64,000 nt of DNA from contig MCFE01000304.1 of the NCBI GenBank assembly GCA_002104905.1, forward strand, positions 1 through 64,000, written 5' to 3'. The position numbers were made by a program, and so were the translations under genes. This DNA is from Basidiobolus meristosporus CBS 931.73 (Eukaryota; Fungi; Basidiobolomycota). Numbering within the stretch: position 1 is the stretch's first letter; the number at the start of each line of letters is the position of its first letter. The notes beneath the pieces were generated by a model. It was not told the DNA's origin. It worked only from the letters and a program-made list of their open reading frames with translations, and made no database searches. Positions 1-11,329 of the stretch are shown piece by piece.

Positions 1-970
1 GGAGACAAATATTACAGTGGCCTTTGATAGAAACCATTGCTTCACAAAAGGATATCCCTCAACAGCTTTGTTTGCTGAAACCTGTCAAGGAGTGAACTTA
101 CGCCCAATAGACACGGCAAGTGTTACTCCAGAGTCACCGAATACCTCTACTTCAGTATTTATCTTTACCTGACTGCATTAAAAGGATAAATCACATTGCA
201 CTAACCTCATCCAATCATGGTTAGGGTAGTGATAGTATCAGGCCATTAAGCCACATTCCACTCAACATACATCATTTAATAAAGAACGTAGGCCGTTAAT
301 AACCCTCTATTCGCCCCAAAATAGAATGCCTACCTGACACACATGTATATGTATTGTGTCATAATTGCTCTTCGCCTAGATAGAAAGAAGTGTATGTGGC
401 TAAAATTATTAAAACTTTAGCTCACAAAGGTCCGCTAAAAGATCATTCTAGGCAGGTTGTTGTAAGCCTTGAATTCCAATTGATTAAGGCCGCCTTATTG
501 GAGGGCATGTACATGGGAATCGAGCCACCTTGTTCCAGGTATATTTTATTGGTGGTAGTCACAGTCCAATGTTTAAGCATGCATGGGACTATTGATAGAT
601 ATCATCACTCAAGTGGATATGGAGTCTCATTGTTGATTAGTTGTAACCACCCTTCAATATTTTAGATGGTTTTCTATTCTGGAATAATATTATTACGATA
701 CTACGGCAGTATATAGATTGTTTGTGATGCCCAGAGTTAGCTATGAGACATGATTTCCCACACTCAATGAAGCATGGAATACTAATGACCGTGCATATAT
801 TCAAGGTATGAATATTGTGATCGTTAGTTGAGTTTAAGTAACTACGTTCTGACTACTCATGCTCTGGCCAACTCAACTCATTAAGCTTCAAAGTGCATGA
901 AGCAACTCTTTAAATACCAGATGTTCCATGACGGGTCAGCAGTTATCCTCAAGTATTCATCTAAACTGAT

Positions 971-1517
971 ATGGTAGCCAAAATACTCCTACTCCTTCTG
1001 ATTGCTTCATTAGCCACCATGATATTAGCTGCTCGCCAGGTATGTGGTATGCGAATAAATTGAACATTAACCACCAGTGACAAGTGAAATCTATACGATA
1101 GCCCGTGTATACCGTTAGCGGAGTCTCCATCAAAGCCACTTGTGGAGGTAGGTGAAACTGAATCAACTATGAAGCTATGGAGCCATGATCTAAACGCTCT
1201 TGCCAGGGCAACAATTTGAACGATCCGCCATCCGCAGTGCAGCTCGTGCAGCCCTTAGAAGACATGCCAACAATCAACCGGTATCCAATTACCCCCATGT
1301 TTTCCGGAACAGCGAGCGATTCTCGAAGATCGATCGTCGCTGTAGAAAACCGTATCAGGAGTTTCCGATCATGGAAGACTCAAAGGTTTACCGAGGAGGC
1401 TCCCCCGGAGCCTACCGGGTGGTTATAGGCTCGATTCAGGGAAGACGTGCCAAGTTTTGCGGTCTTATCTACCATCCTTCACGAACTGGGAAATTCGATG
1501 TATGTGACGAGATTTAA
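971..1517 (+). CDS. Secreted guanyl-specific ribonuclease, T1/N1/U2 family, 141 aa; exons 971-1039, 1102-1147, 1207-1517
   Basis: Exon 1 encodes a signal peptide (MVAKILLLLLIASLATMILA). Two GT-AG introns keep the frame (69+46+311 nt). T1 catalytic motifs are present: YPH (His40), EFP (Glu58), PGAYRV (Arg77), GLIYH (His92). Four Cys. Confidence 0.85.
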
Positions 1518-1957
1518 CCTAACTCGGACCATGATAAAGCAGGAGTCCATAAGGACCTTTTATGGCCTCTACTTGCAAATAAACAATCATGTGTACAATT
1601 GAAAGATCGAGGATTCTGCCCATCCAATAACAAGACCTTGGACTTTCCCATTTAATCGAACTCCTGCTAGATATCGGGAAAATAATGATGCGCAATTCCA
1701 TATATATGAAGTGGTGAATTTCTTGTCACACTAATATGTCTGTCAGTAGATTACAGTCCACTAGCGAGCAAATCGAGAAGTTGTTGAAGATTGGCACCTT
1801 GAGAACCATGCTACAACAGGCCAGAAGTCAAGCCGCCCGAGCGCAAAGATGCCGAGGCATTATCAAGAGACCCTGCTCTTCAACCAATCAGAACGTTCCG
1901 ACCAAATAATTCAATGTGATGATCATATTTGTAGTAGCTTTATTTAATAACAATCGC

Positions 1958-3364
1958 TTATAATGATAGCAGTAGTGATTGGAACTCAGCCCAGCATTTC
2001 TTGACATCTTCATCTTTATTGACATCGAGGAGGTAACTCAATATCAACTTGCAGCTGTTCTTCCACGTGACTGCGGAAACAATAAACACCGGACCCAGTA
2101 TGCTAGAGGATTGCGTGAAACCAAGCTCATCGACATGGAAGGGAGACTCTGGCAGATCTTTCCAGTCTTGTCGCCCAAGGTTCGAGATCTCCAAACTGCT
2201 TCTGTGGCCATTGTTGTGAGCCGAGGCTACTCTCTCGGCGTGCAAGAGCCCTTGAAAATCGGAAACGTACTCCATCAACCCTATAGTGTGGATGGCCGAC
2301 TCCAAGGATGCGTTCATCTGCTCCTTGAATTGCACCGCCATGGGCCAAAAGTTCTCGATATCTGAGGCCTGTGGTGGTGGATGAGTAGTCACTAGCTCTG
2401 AAACATATACACCAATACTCTCGCGAGGTAACACTGGCTCGCAATACGGCCGGAGATTGATAGGTGTGGCAAACTTCATCGGGTGCTGTGGCTTCAACAC
2501 ATGAGTGGCCAGAATGAACGCAGTTGCAAGTGCCGCATGGACCGTTGTATTGTGCTGTTTACATTTCTGGACAAGTGAGTCAAGTGGGACGGTCATTGTC
2601 AGCAGTTTCGTTGAGTATTGTCTGGGTTTCGCCGAGATTCTCTGAATGGTATCCAGGTCCAATGTTTTGGTACCACTCCAGTACACCTCCTTGGGCCGGA
2701 GAAAGTTGGGTAACAAATATCGAGTAACTGCTTCCCTGAGTAGCATCGTTATAGGGGGTTTGGAATTGGAAAGGATGGTATGAATAGAACTAGATAGCTC
2801 GTCTACTTTAGTGTCGGTATGTGGGTCATAAGGCACAACAATCGGCTTTTGTGATATAGGGAGAGGACCACTCTTTGAGGTTGTGAAGGCGCGTGTAAGA
2901 GTGTGGATAATATTGGAACTGGAGAGACCATCGCCGACTGCGTGATGAACAGTAATCCCAAGTTCGAAAGTGGTGAATTCTGCATCTGCAGCAACAACCC
3001 AAACCCTCCAAGGAGGTTGATCATCTACGAATTTCCTGTTCACTTCACTTTCCAAAGCAAGCTCGACAGAGGTATCCTCCTTCCTCTCATACCAGGAGAA
3101 GTCGATTTTCGATTCGCCTGGAGCCAAGTAACGCACCTTCGCGGCCGGAAAGTCCACGGTGGTTCTTAGATTGAAGTTCGACCAAAAGGTGGCCTCTACT
3201 GCCTCGACTATTCTCCCATATATCAATTCTCTGCTGAGTTTTAGAGTGGAAGACGAGAGCTTTACGAAGGAGGTAACACCGAAATAGAAGTCCTCCAGGT
3301 GACGACTAACTGACCAATTTTCCAATGGTCCAGTCGGGCGTAACACGCAGCCAGTAGTTGACAT
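1958..3364 (-). CDS. Alcohol acetyltransferase (AATase/condensation-like CoA-dependent acyltransferase), copy A, 468 aa, intronless
   Basis: Catalytic HHAVGDG motif, N-terminal LRPTGPLE, FATPINLR and C-terminal EISNLG motifs typical of Atf1/Sli1/PapA5-like enzymes; uninterrupted ORF. Confidence 0.85.
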   Translation of the reverse strand: MSTTGCVLRPTGPLENWSVSRHLEDFYFGVTSFVKLSSSTLKLSRELIYGRIVEAVEATFWSNFNLRTTVDFPAAKVRYLAPGESKIDFSWYERKEDTSVELALESEVNRKFVDDQPPWRVWVVAADAEFTTFELGITVHHAVGDGLSSSNIIHTLTRAFTTSKSGPLPISQKPIVVPYDPHTDTKVDELSSSIHTILSNSKPPITMLLREAVTRYLLPNFLRPKEVYWSGTKTLDLDTIQRISAKPRQYSTKLLTMTVPLDSLVQKCKQHNTTVHAALATAFILATHVLKPQHPMKFATPINLRPYCEPVLPRESIGVYVSELVTTHPPPQASDIENFWPMAVQFKEQMNASLESAIHTIGLMEYVSDFQGLLHAERVASAHNNGHRSSLEISNLGRQDWKDLPESPFHVDELGFTQSSSILGPVFIVSAVTWKNSCKLILSYLLDVNKDEDVKKCWAEFQSLLLSL

Positions 3365-3549
3365 TGGGTATGGTGTACAGGATAATGAGTTAGATCGAAG
3401 TTGAAATATCCCGTTTCACGGATTCCCGTGATTATTGATGGTAGATTTCTAAGGCAATGGGTCAATCGTTAGGATAAAAGTATTGACCAGAATGGTATGA
3501 TATCGTTTAATCAGTAAATGCCTAGTAGTTATTCAAAAATAACATTCGC

Positions 3550-4968
3550 TTATAATGATACAAGTATAGTTTGGAACTCAGCCCAGTATTTCTTGACATC
3601 TTCCTCTTCGTTGACATCAAGGAGGTAGCTCAATATCAGTTTACAGTTGCCTTTCCATGTGATTGCTGAAACCGTAAACACTGGGCTCAAGATACCGGAT
3701 GATTGCGTGAAGCCAAGCTCATCGACTTGGAAGGTAGATTCGGGCAGATCTTTCCAGTCTTGTCTCCCGAGGTTCGAGATCTCCAAACTACCTTTGCGCC
3801 CATTGTTATCAGCAAGGGCTACTCTTTCGGAGTGGAAGAACTCCCGAAAGTTGGAAACGTACCCCATCAAACCTATCGTGTACATGGCTGACTCTAAGGA
3901 TGCCGTTATATTCTCCTTGAATTGTACTGTCAAGGGCCAGAAGTTCTCGATATCTGAGGCCTGTGGTGGTGGATGGGTGGTTGATATTTCAGAAATATAT
4001 ACACCGATGCACTCGGGAGGTAACACTGGCTCGCAATACGGCCGGAGATTGATAGGTGTGGCAAACTTCATCGGGTGTTGTGGCTTCAACACATTAGTGG
4101 CCAGAATGAGCGCAGTTGCAAGTGCTGCATAGACTGTCGTGTTGTGCTGCTTACATTTCTGGACAAGTGAGTCAAGTGGGACGGTCATTGTCAGCAGTTT
4201 CGTGGGGTATTGTCTGGGTTTCGCCGAGATTCTCTGAATGGTATCCAGGTCCAATGTTTTGGTGCCACTCCAGTACACCTCTTTGGGCCGAAGAAAGCTG
4301 GGTAACAAGTATCGAGTAACTACTTTCTGGAGTAGTACTGATATGGGTGGTTTGCAGTTGGGGAGGATGGTATGAACAGCTTTAGATAGCTCGGACATCA
4401 TGTTGTCAGTAAGTGGGTCATAGGGAATAGCAATTGGCTCTTGTGAAATAGGAAGGGGTTTCTTCTTAGCGGCCAAGAAGGCGCGTGTAAGAATGTGGAT
4501 AATGTTGATGCTGGAGAGACCATCAGCAACCGCGTGATGAACAGTAATCCCAAGTTCGAAAGTGTTGAATTCCCCATCCGCATCGGCAGCAACTGCCCAA
4601 ACTCTCCAAAGTGGTTGGTCATCGTTCTCCGGGAATTTCTTGTTCACTTCGCTTTCCAAGGCCAGCTCGACAGAGGTGTCCTCACTTCTCTCGTACCAAG
4701 TGAAGTCAACCTTCGCGCTGCCTGGGGACAAGTAGCACATTTTCGCGGCTGGGAAGTCTATGGTGGTTCGTAAGTTGAAGTTCGACCAGAAAGTGGTCTC
4801 CACCGCCTCAACGATTCTCCCATATATCGATTCTCTGCTGAGTTGCAGTGAAGGGGAGGAGAGCTTTACAAAAGAGGCGACACCGTAATAGAAGTCCTCA
4901 AGGTGACGACTAACCGACCAATTTTCCATTGGTCCAGTGGGACGTAACCCAGAATCAGCAGTAGACAT
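3550..4968 (-). CDS. AATase paralogue B, 472 aa (start MSTADSG at 4968)
   Basis: HHAVADG motif; colinear with copy A; start chosen by homology of N-termini. Confidence 0.85.
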   Translation of the reverse strand: MSTADSGLRPTGPMENWSVSRHLEDFYYGVASFVKLSSPSLQLSRESIYGRIVEAVETTFWSNFNLRTTIDFPAAKMCYLSPGSAKVDFTWYERSEDTSVELALESEVNKKFPENDDQPLWRVWAVAADADGEFNTFELGITVHHAVADGLSSINIIHILTRAFLAAKKKPLPISQEPIAIPYDPLTDNMMSELSKAVHTILPNCKPPISVLLQKVVTRYLLPSFLRPKEVYWSGTKTLDLDTIQRISAKPRQYPTKLLTMTVPLDSLVQKCKQHNTTVYAALATALILATNVLKPQHPMKFATPINLRPYCEPVLPPECIGVYISEISTTHPPPQASDIENFWPLTVQFKENITASLESAMYTIGLMGYVSNFREFFHSERVALADNNGRKGSLEISNLGRQDWKDLPESTFQVDELGFTQSSGILSPVFTVSAITWKGNCKLILSYLLDVNEEEDVKKYWAEFQTILVSL

Positions 4969-5523
4969 CAGCGTATGTGAATAGAAATATAATGGTTGCC
5001 TGCGAAAGGCTGGTCCATAGCTTAAATAGTGCACGAATGCTAGATGATCCAAGTGACTTGTAACCGCTGTGGGATGTGCACCGAAGTAACGGCTTGGGTT
5101 TCGTGGTACACCACGCGGTTGCCATCTTCATCCTATTGGTGAGCTTCAGGTGGGCTTAGCCCGTTATTCCACTACCCAAGATTAGATTACCTCTGTCCTC
5201 CCATGCAACTGCCAAAAAGATCAGAAGCCAAGTCCATCGATTGGGAAGGATGATTGTGTCACATCTCTGCCGCCATATCCTCCTGGGTTCAAGATTGTCA
5301 ACCGGTTTCTGTGCCCGCTGCTCTGAGCCTGCACTATAAGTGCGTGCGGCCGGAAGTTCTCTCATCCATTTCACTTGCCACAGTGGGCTTCTTGTGTCGA
5401 GGCTTGGCCAGAAGATGATCAAGTATTCCTGGATATTTCCTGAACGGATGATGCTCATGAGTGCTGCTAGAAATCGCCCGTTTATTATCAGATTACTATC
5501 AGCAAATGCACAACGACAATCGC

Positions 5524-6942
5524 TTATAAGGATGAGAGTATCGATTGGAACTCGGCCCAATATCTTCTGACATCTTCATCTTCGTTGGCATCAAGAAGAT
5601 AACTCAATATCAGCTTACAGCTGTTCTTCCACGTGACTGCCGAAACTGTAAACACTGGTCCCATAATGTTGGCTGACTGTGCGAAGCCAAGCTCATCAAC
5701 ATGGAAGGGAGACTCTGGCAGATCTTTCCAGTCTTGTCGCCCAAGATTCGAGATCTCCAAACTGCCTTTGTGTCCGTTGTTTTGAGCCGAGGCTACTCTC
5801 TCGGTGTGCAAAAACTCTCGAAAGTTGGGAATGTACTCCATCAACCCTATTGTGTAGATGGCTGACTCCAAAGACGCGTTCATCTGCTCCTTGAATTGCA
5901 CCGCCATGGGCCAAAAGTTCTCGATATCTGAGGCCTGTGGTGGTGGGTGAGTAGTCATTAGCTCTGAAACATATACACCAATACTCTCGCGAGGTAACAC
6001 TGGCTCGCAATACGGCCGGAGATTGATAGGTGTGGCAAACTTCATCGGGTGTTGTGGCTTCAACACATGAGTGGCCAGAATGAACGCAGTTGCAAGTGCC
6101 GCATGAACCGTTGTATTGTGCTGCTTGCATTTCTGGACAAGTGAGTCAAGTGGGACGGTCATTGTCAGCAGTTTCGTGGGGTATTGTCTGGGCTTCGCCG
6201 AGATTCTCTGAATGGTATCCAGGTCCAATGTTTTGGTGCCACTCCAGTACACCTCTTTGGGCCGAAGAAATTTCGGTAATAAAAGCTTGGTAGCTGCTTC
6301 CTTGAGTAGTACCGATATGGGTGGTTTGCAGTTGGGGAGGATGGTATGAATAGAACTAGATAGCTCGGTCACTTTGGTATCAGTTTCGGGGTCATAGGGA
6401 ATAGTAATTGGGTCTTGTGAGACGGAAAGGGGTTCCCTCTTACCGGCCAGGAAGGCACGTGTAAGAGTATGGACAATATTGGAACTGGAGAGACCATCAG
6501 CAACCGCGTGATGAACAGTAATCCCAAGTTCGAAAGTGTTGAATTCCCCATCCGCATCGGCAGCAACTGCCCAAACTCTCCAAAGTGGTTGGTCATCGTT
6601 CTCCGGGAATTTCTTGTTCACTTCGCTTTCCAAGGCCAGCTCGACAGAAGTGTCCTCACTTCTCTCGTACCAAGTGAAGTCAACCTTCGCGCTGCCTGGG
6701 GACAAGTAGCACATTTTCGCGGCTGGGAAGTCTATGGTGGTTCGTAAGTTGAAGTTCGACCAGAAAGTGGTCTCCACCGCCTCAACGATTCTCCCATATA
6801 TCGATTCTCTACTGAGTTGCAGTGAAGGGGAGGAGAGCTTTACAAAAGAGGTGACACCGTAATAGAAGTCCTCAAGGTGACGACTAACCGACCAATTTTC
6901 CATTGGTCCAGTGGGACGTAACTCAGAACCGGTAGTGGACAT
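5524..6942 (-). CDS. AATase paralogue C, 472 aa (start MSTTGSE at 6942)
   Basis: HHAVADG motif; intact ORF colinear with A and B. Confidence 0.85.
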   Translation of the reverse strand: MSTTGSELRPTGPMENWSVSRHLEDFYYGVTSFVKLSSPSLQLSRESIYGRIVEAVETTFWSNFNLRTTIDFPAAKMCYLSPGSAKVDFTWYERSEDTSVELALESEVNKKFPENDDQPLWRVWAVAADADGEFNTFELGITVHHAVADGLSSSNIVHTLTRAFLAGKREPLSVSQDPITIPYDPETDTKVTELSSSIHTILPNCKPPISVLLKEAATKLLLPKFLRPKEVYWSGTKTLDLDTIQRISAKPRQYPTKLLTMTVPLDSLVQKCKQHNTTVHAALATAFILATHVLKPQHPMKFATPINLRPYCEPVLPRESIGVYVSELMTTHPPPQASDIENFWPMAVQFKEQMNASLESAIYTIGLMEYIPNFREFLHTERVASAQNNGHKGSLEISNLGRQDWKDLPESPFHVDELGFAQSANIMGPVFTVSAVTWKNSCKLILSYLLDANEDEDVRRYWAEFQSILSSL

Positions 6943-7337
6943 CGGAATATGTGAACAGAAGAATGGCAGTGTCAACGAGAATCATGACTTATATAGTGTC
7001 TGAATGGGTGAGATTACCGATTGCCGTGCAGGTGAGAAGTTACCCAAACAATACATCACGTGGTATAGGAATTCAGGAAATATTGGGCCAATGTATTCTA
7101 TAATGAAGCAAAAGTCTTGACCTCATGGGCATCTAGGAGACAACTCAAAATTAGTTTCCCTTTGCACTTCCACGTAGCTGCCGAAACAACAAACACTTGG
7201 CACGGAACGGTAGTTCCTCTCCGCCAATGGGATACTGAGAACACTCTGGATCACAAATCTTCATTTTAGTCCGATGCAATGAGGATTTTCATTGTAATAT
7301 TTAGCTACTAATATTGAACGATCTCATCAACTATTGC

Positions 7338-8755
7338 CTAAAGGGATAGAAGTATTGATCGGACCTCAGACCAATATTTCTTGACATCTTCGTCTTCGTT
7401 AACATCAAGCGTATAGCACAAAATTAGCTTACAGCTGCTCCTCCAGGTAATTGTCGAAATGGTGAACACCGGACCCAATACGCTGGATGATTGCGTGAAA
7501 CCAAGCTCATCGACTTGGAAGGTAGACTCTGACAGATCTTTCCAGTCTTGTCTCCCGAGGTTCGAGATCTCTAAACTGGCTTTGCGTCCATTGTTATGAG
7601 CCGAGGACTCTCTCTCGGTATGCAACAACTGCAGAGAGCTGGGGACGTACTCCATTGATCCTATAGTATAGATGGCTTTCCCCAACGCTGCACTTACTTG
7701 CTCCTTGAATTGCGTCGCCATGGGTCAGAAGTTCTCGATATCTGAGGCCTGCGGTGGTAGATGAGTGGTTGATATTTCAGAAATATATACACCGATGCAC
7801 CCGGGAGGTAACACTGGCTCACAATATGGCCGGAGATTGATAGGTGTGGCAAACTTGATTGGGTGTTGTGGCTTCAACACATGAGTGGCCAGAATGAACG
7901 CAGTTGCAAGTGCCGCATGAACCGTTGTATTGTGCTGCTTACATTTCTGAACAAGTGAGTCAAGCGGGACGGTCATTGTCAGCAATTTGGTTGGGTATTG
8001 CTTGGGTTTTGAAGAAATCTTTCGAATGGTATCCAGGTCTAAGGTTTTAGTTCCACTCCAATACACCTCTCTAGGCCGAAGAAAGCTTGGGTACTAAAAG
8101 CTTGGTAGCTGCTTCCTTAAGTAGTACCGATATGGGTGGTTTGCAGTTGTGGAGGATGGTATGAATAGAGCCTAGATAACTCTGTCATCATGTTGGTATC
8201 GGTATGTGAATCGTAAGGGATAACAATTGGCTCTTGTGAGATAGGAAGGGGCTCCCTTTCAGCAGATAAGAAAGCACGTGTAAGAATACGTGTGAGATTG
8301 ACACTGGAGATACCGTCAGCAAATGCATGATGAACAGTAACCCCAAGTTCGAAAGTGCTGAATTCAACATCAGCGGCAACAGCCCAGACTCTCCAAAGTG
8401 GTTGGTCTTCAGCCTCTGGGAATTTCCGATTCACTTCGCTTTCCAAGGCCAGCTCGACTGAGGTGTCCTCACTTCTTTCGTACCAAGTGAAGTCAACCTT
8501 CGCTTTATCTGAAGACAGGTAATGCACTTTCTCAGTTGGAAAGTCTATGGTGGCTCTTAAGTTGAAGTTTGACCAGAAAGTGGTCTCCACCGCCTCGACA
8601 ATTCTCCCATATATCAATTCTCTGCAGAGTTGCAGTGTAGGGGAGGAGAGCTTTACAAAAGAGGTGACACCGTAATAGAAATCTTGATGGTGGCGGCGTA
8701 TCCACCAACGCTCCATTGGTCCAGTGGGACGTAACTCAGAATCGGCAGTGGACAT
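7338..8755 (-). pseudogene. AATase paralogue D, disrupted
   Basis: HHAFADG motif; +1 frameshift near 8170 and in-frame TGG>TGA at 7725-7727; split across ORFs 8117-8917, 7725-8066 and 7338-7721. Confidence 0.8.
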
Positions 8756-9309
8756 CGGCGTATGTGAACAGAAATATAATGGTGCCTGCGAAAGGCTGGA
8801 CCATAGCTTAAATAGTGCACGAATGCTAGGTGACCCAAGTGACTTGTAACCGCTGTGGGATGTGCACCGAAGTAACAGCTTGGGTTTCGTGGTACACCAC
8901 GCGGTTGCCATCTTCATCCTATTGGTGAGCTTCAGGTGGGCTTAGCCCGTTATTCCACTACCCAAGATTGGATTGCCTCTGTCCTCCCATACAACTGCCA
9001 AAAAGATCAGAAGCCAGGTCCATCGATTGGGAAGGATGGTTCTGTCACATCTCTGCCGCCATTTCCTCCTGGGTTCAAGATTGTCAATCGGTTTCTGTGC
9101 CCGCTGCTCTGAGCCTGCACAATGAGTGCGTGCGGCCGGAAGTTCTCTCATCCACTTCACTTGCCACAGTGGGCTTCTTGTGTCGAGGCTTGGCCAGAAG
9201 ATGATCAAGTATTCCTGGATATTTCCTGAACGGATGGTGCTCATGAGTGCTGATAGAAATCGCCCGTTTATTATCAGATTACTATCAGCAAATGCACAAC
9301 GACAGTCGC

Positions 9310-10733
9310 TTATAAGGATGAGAGTATCGATTGAAACTCGGCCCAATATCTCCTGACATCTTCATCTTCGTTGGCATCGAGAAGATAACTCAATATCAGC
9401 TTACAGCTGTTCTTCCACGTGACTGCCGAAACTGTAAACACTGGTCCTGTAATGGCTGACTGACTGCGCAAAGCCAAGCTCATCGACATGGAAGGGAGAC
9501 TCTGGCAGATCTTTCCAGTCTTGTCGCCCAAGATTCGAGATCTCCAAACTGCTTCTGTGTCCGTTGTTGTGAGCCGAGGCTACTCTCTCGGTATGCAAAG
9601 ACTCTCGAAGATTAGGGAATGTACTCCATCAACCCTATTGTGTAGATGGCTGACTCCAAGGAAGCGTTCATCTGCTCCTTGAATTGCACCGCCATGGGCC
9701 AAAAGTTCTCGATATCTGAGGCCTGTGGTGGTGGATGAGTAGTCATTAGCTCTGAAACATATACACCAATACTCTCGCGAGGTAACACTGGCTCGCAATA
9801 CGGCCGGAGATTGATAGGTGTGGCAAACTTCATCGGGTGCTGTGGCTTCAACACATGAGTGGCCAGAATGAACGCAGTTGCAAGTGCCGCATGAACCGTT
9901 GTATTGTGCTGCGTGCATTTCTGGACAAGTGAGTCAAGTGGGACGGTCATTGTCAGCAGTTTCGTGGGGTATTGTCTGGGTTTCGCCGAGATTCTCTGAA
10001 TGGTATCCAGGTCCAATGTTTTGGTGCCACTCCAGTACACCTCTTTGGGCCGAAGAAATTTCGGTAATAAAAGCTTGGTAGCTGCTTCCTTGAGTAGTAC
10101 CGATATGGGTGGTTTGCAGTTGGGGAGGATGGTATGAATAGAACTAGATAGCTCGGTCACTTTGGTATCAGTTTCGGGGTCATAGGGAATAGTAATTGGG
10201 TCTTGTGAGACGGAAAGGGGTTCCCTCTTACCGGCCAGGAAGGCACGTGTAAGAGTATGGACAATATTGGAACTGGAGAGACCATCAGCAACCGCGTGAT
10301 GAACAGTAATCCCAAGTTCGAAAGTGTTGAATTCCCCATCCGCATCGGCAGCAACTGCCCAAACTCTCCAAAGCGGTTGGTCATCGTTCTCCGGGAATTT
10401 CTTGTTCACTTCGCTTTCCAAGGCCAGCTCGACAGAAGTGTCCTCACTTCTCTCGTACCAAGTGAAGTCAACCTTCGCGCTGCCCTGGGGACAAGTAGCA
10501 CATTTTCGCGGCTGGGAAGTCTATGGTGGTTCGTAAGTTGAAGTTCGACCAGAAAGTGGTCTCCACCGCCTCAACGATTCTCCCATATATCGATTCTCTG
10601 CTGAGTTGCAGTGTAAGGGGAGGAGAGCTTTACAAAAGAGGTGACACCGTAATAGAAGTCCGCAAGGTGACGAATAACTGACCCCCACTCCAAACGATCC
10701 AGTAGGACGTAACTCAGAACCGGTAGTGGACAT
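9310..10733 (-). pseudogene. AATase paralogue E, near-identical to C, with several frameshifts (pseudogene or consensus error)
   Basis: Core 9612-10421 translates almost identically to C; small indels cluster at about 9440-9620 and 10480-10700. Confidence 0.7.
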
Positions 10734-11329
10734 CGGAATATGTGAACAGAAGAATGGCAGTGTCAACGAGAATCATGACTTATATAGTGCCTGAAAGGGC
10801 GCGATTATTGATTGTCGTGCAGGTGGAAACGGCTGAAGTTATTGAAGTCTTGCATCACACGGTTTTGGAATCTTGAAACATTCACAACGAGACAAATATT
10901 CAAATCAGAACTACAGCTTAAATGGTATATAGATAGCACATGACTGAGTTGGTCAAGTCCACCGAAGCAATGATGATTTTCATTCTATTGGACAATCTCA
11001 AGTTGGCGTAATGAGATCTGCTCACTTCCACTCCTCCACGTGGCTCTCAAAACGATGAATATCAGATGCTGGATGCTGTATAGCGACACAAAGATGTGGG
11101 CATATCTTGCTAATCATGTCCTACTATACTTGCTAACCATGTCCTACTACATCCAACCAGCTTTTGTCCAGATAAGAGCTGGAGAAAATTGCTAATCGGG
11201 CATTGATGGGATTTTTATGTTTATATTCGATTATCCGAAACAAAGTGTTCATCATCCGGCCCTGCACAATATTACGGCATTGACGATGATTGAGTTAATG
11301 TCTATTCAATGCTATATCACAATCACCAC

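Larger units (their letters stand above)
3550..10850. repeat. Tandem segmental duplication of a two-gene AATase module ([B,C] and [D,E]), period about 3.79 kb
   Basis: Spacer 4969-5523 is nearly identical to 8756-9309; C stop at 5524 versus E stop at 9310 (offset 3786); upstream regions of C (6943-7040) and E (10734-10830) align. Confidence 0.85.

Noticed and set aside
1-900. ORF 390-665 and possible gene or TE at the window start
   Set aside because: No recognisable motif, splice model or termini; non-ATG start.
1979-10541. Many plus-strand and off-frame ORFs within the AATase array (e.g. 1979-2365, 3647-4132, 5156-5560, 8942-9346)
   Set aside because: They are antisense or alternate-frame shadows that recur only because the DNA is duplicated; no independent motifs.
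1958-10733. NRPS or secondary-metabolite cluster suggested by condensation-like HHxxxDG motifs
   Set aside because: No adenylation, PCP, PKS or tailoring genes in the window; the proteins are stand-alone AATase-size enzymes.
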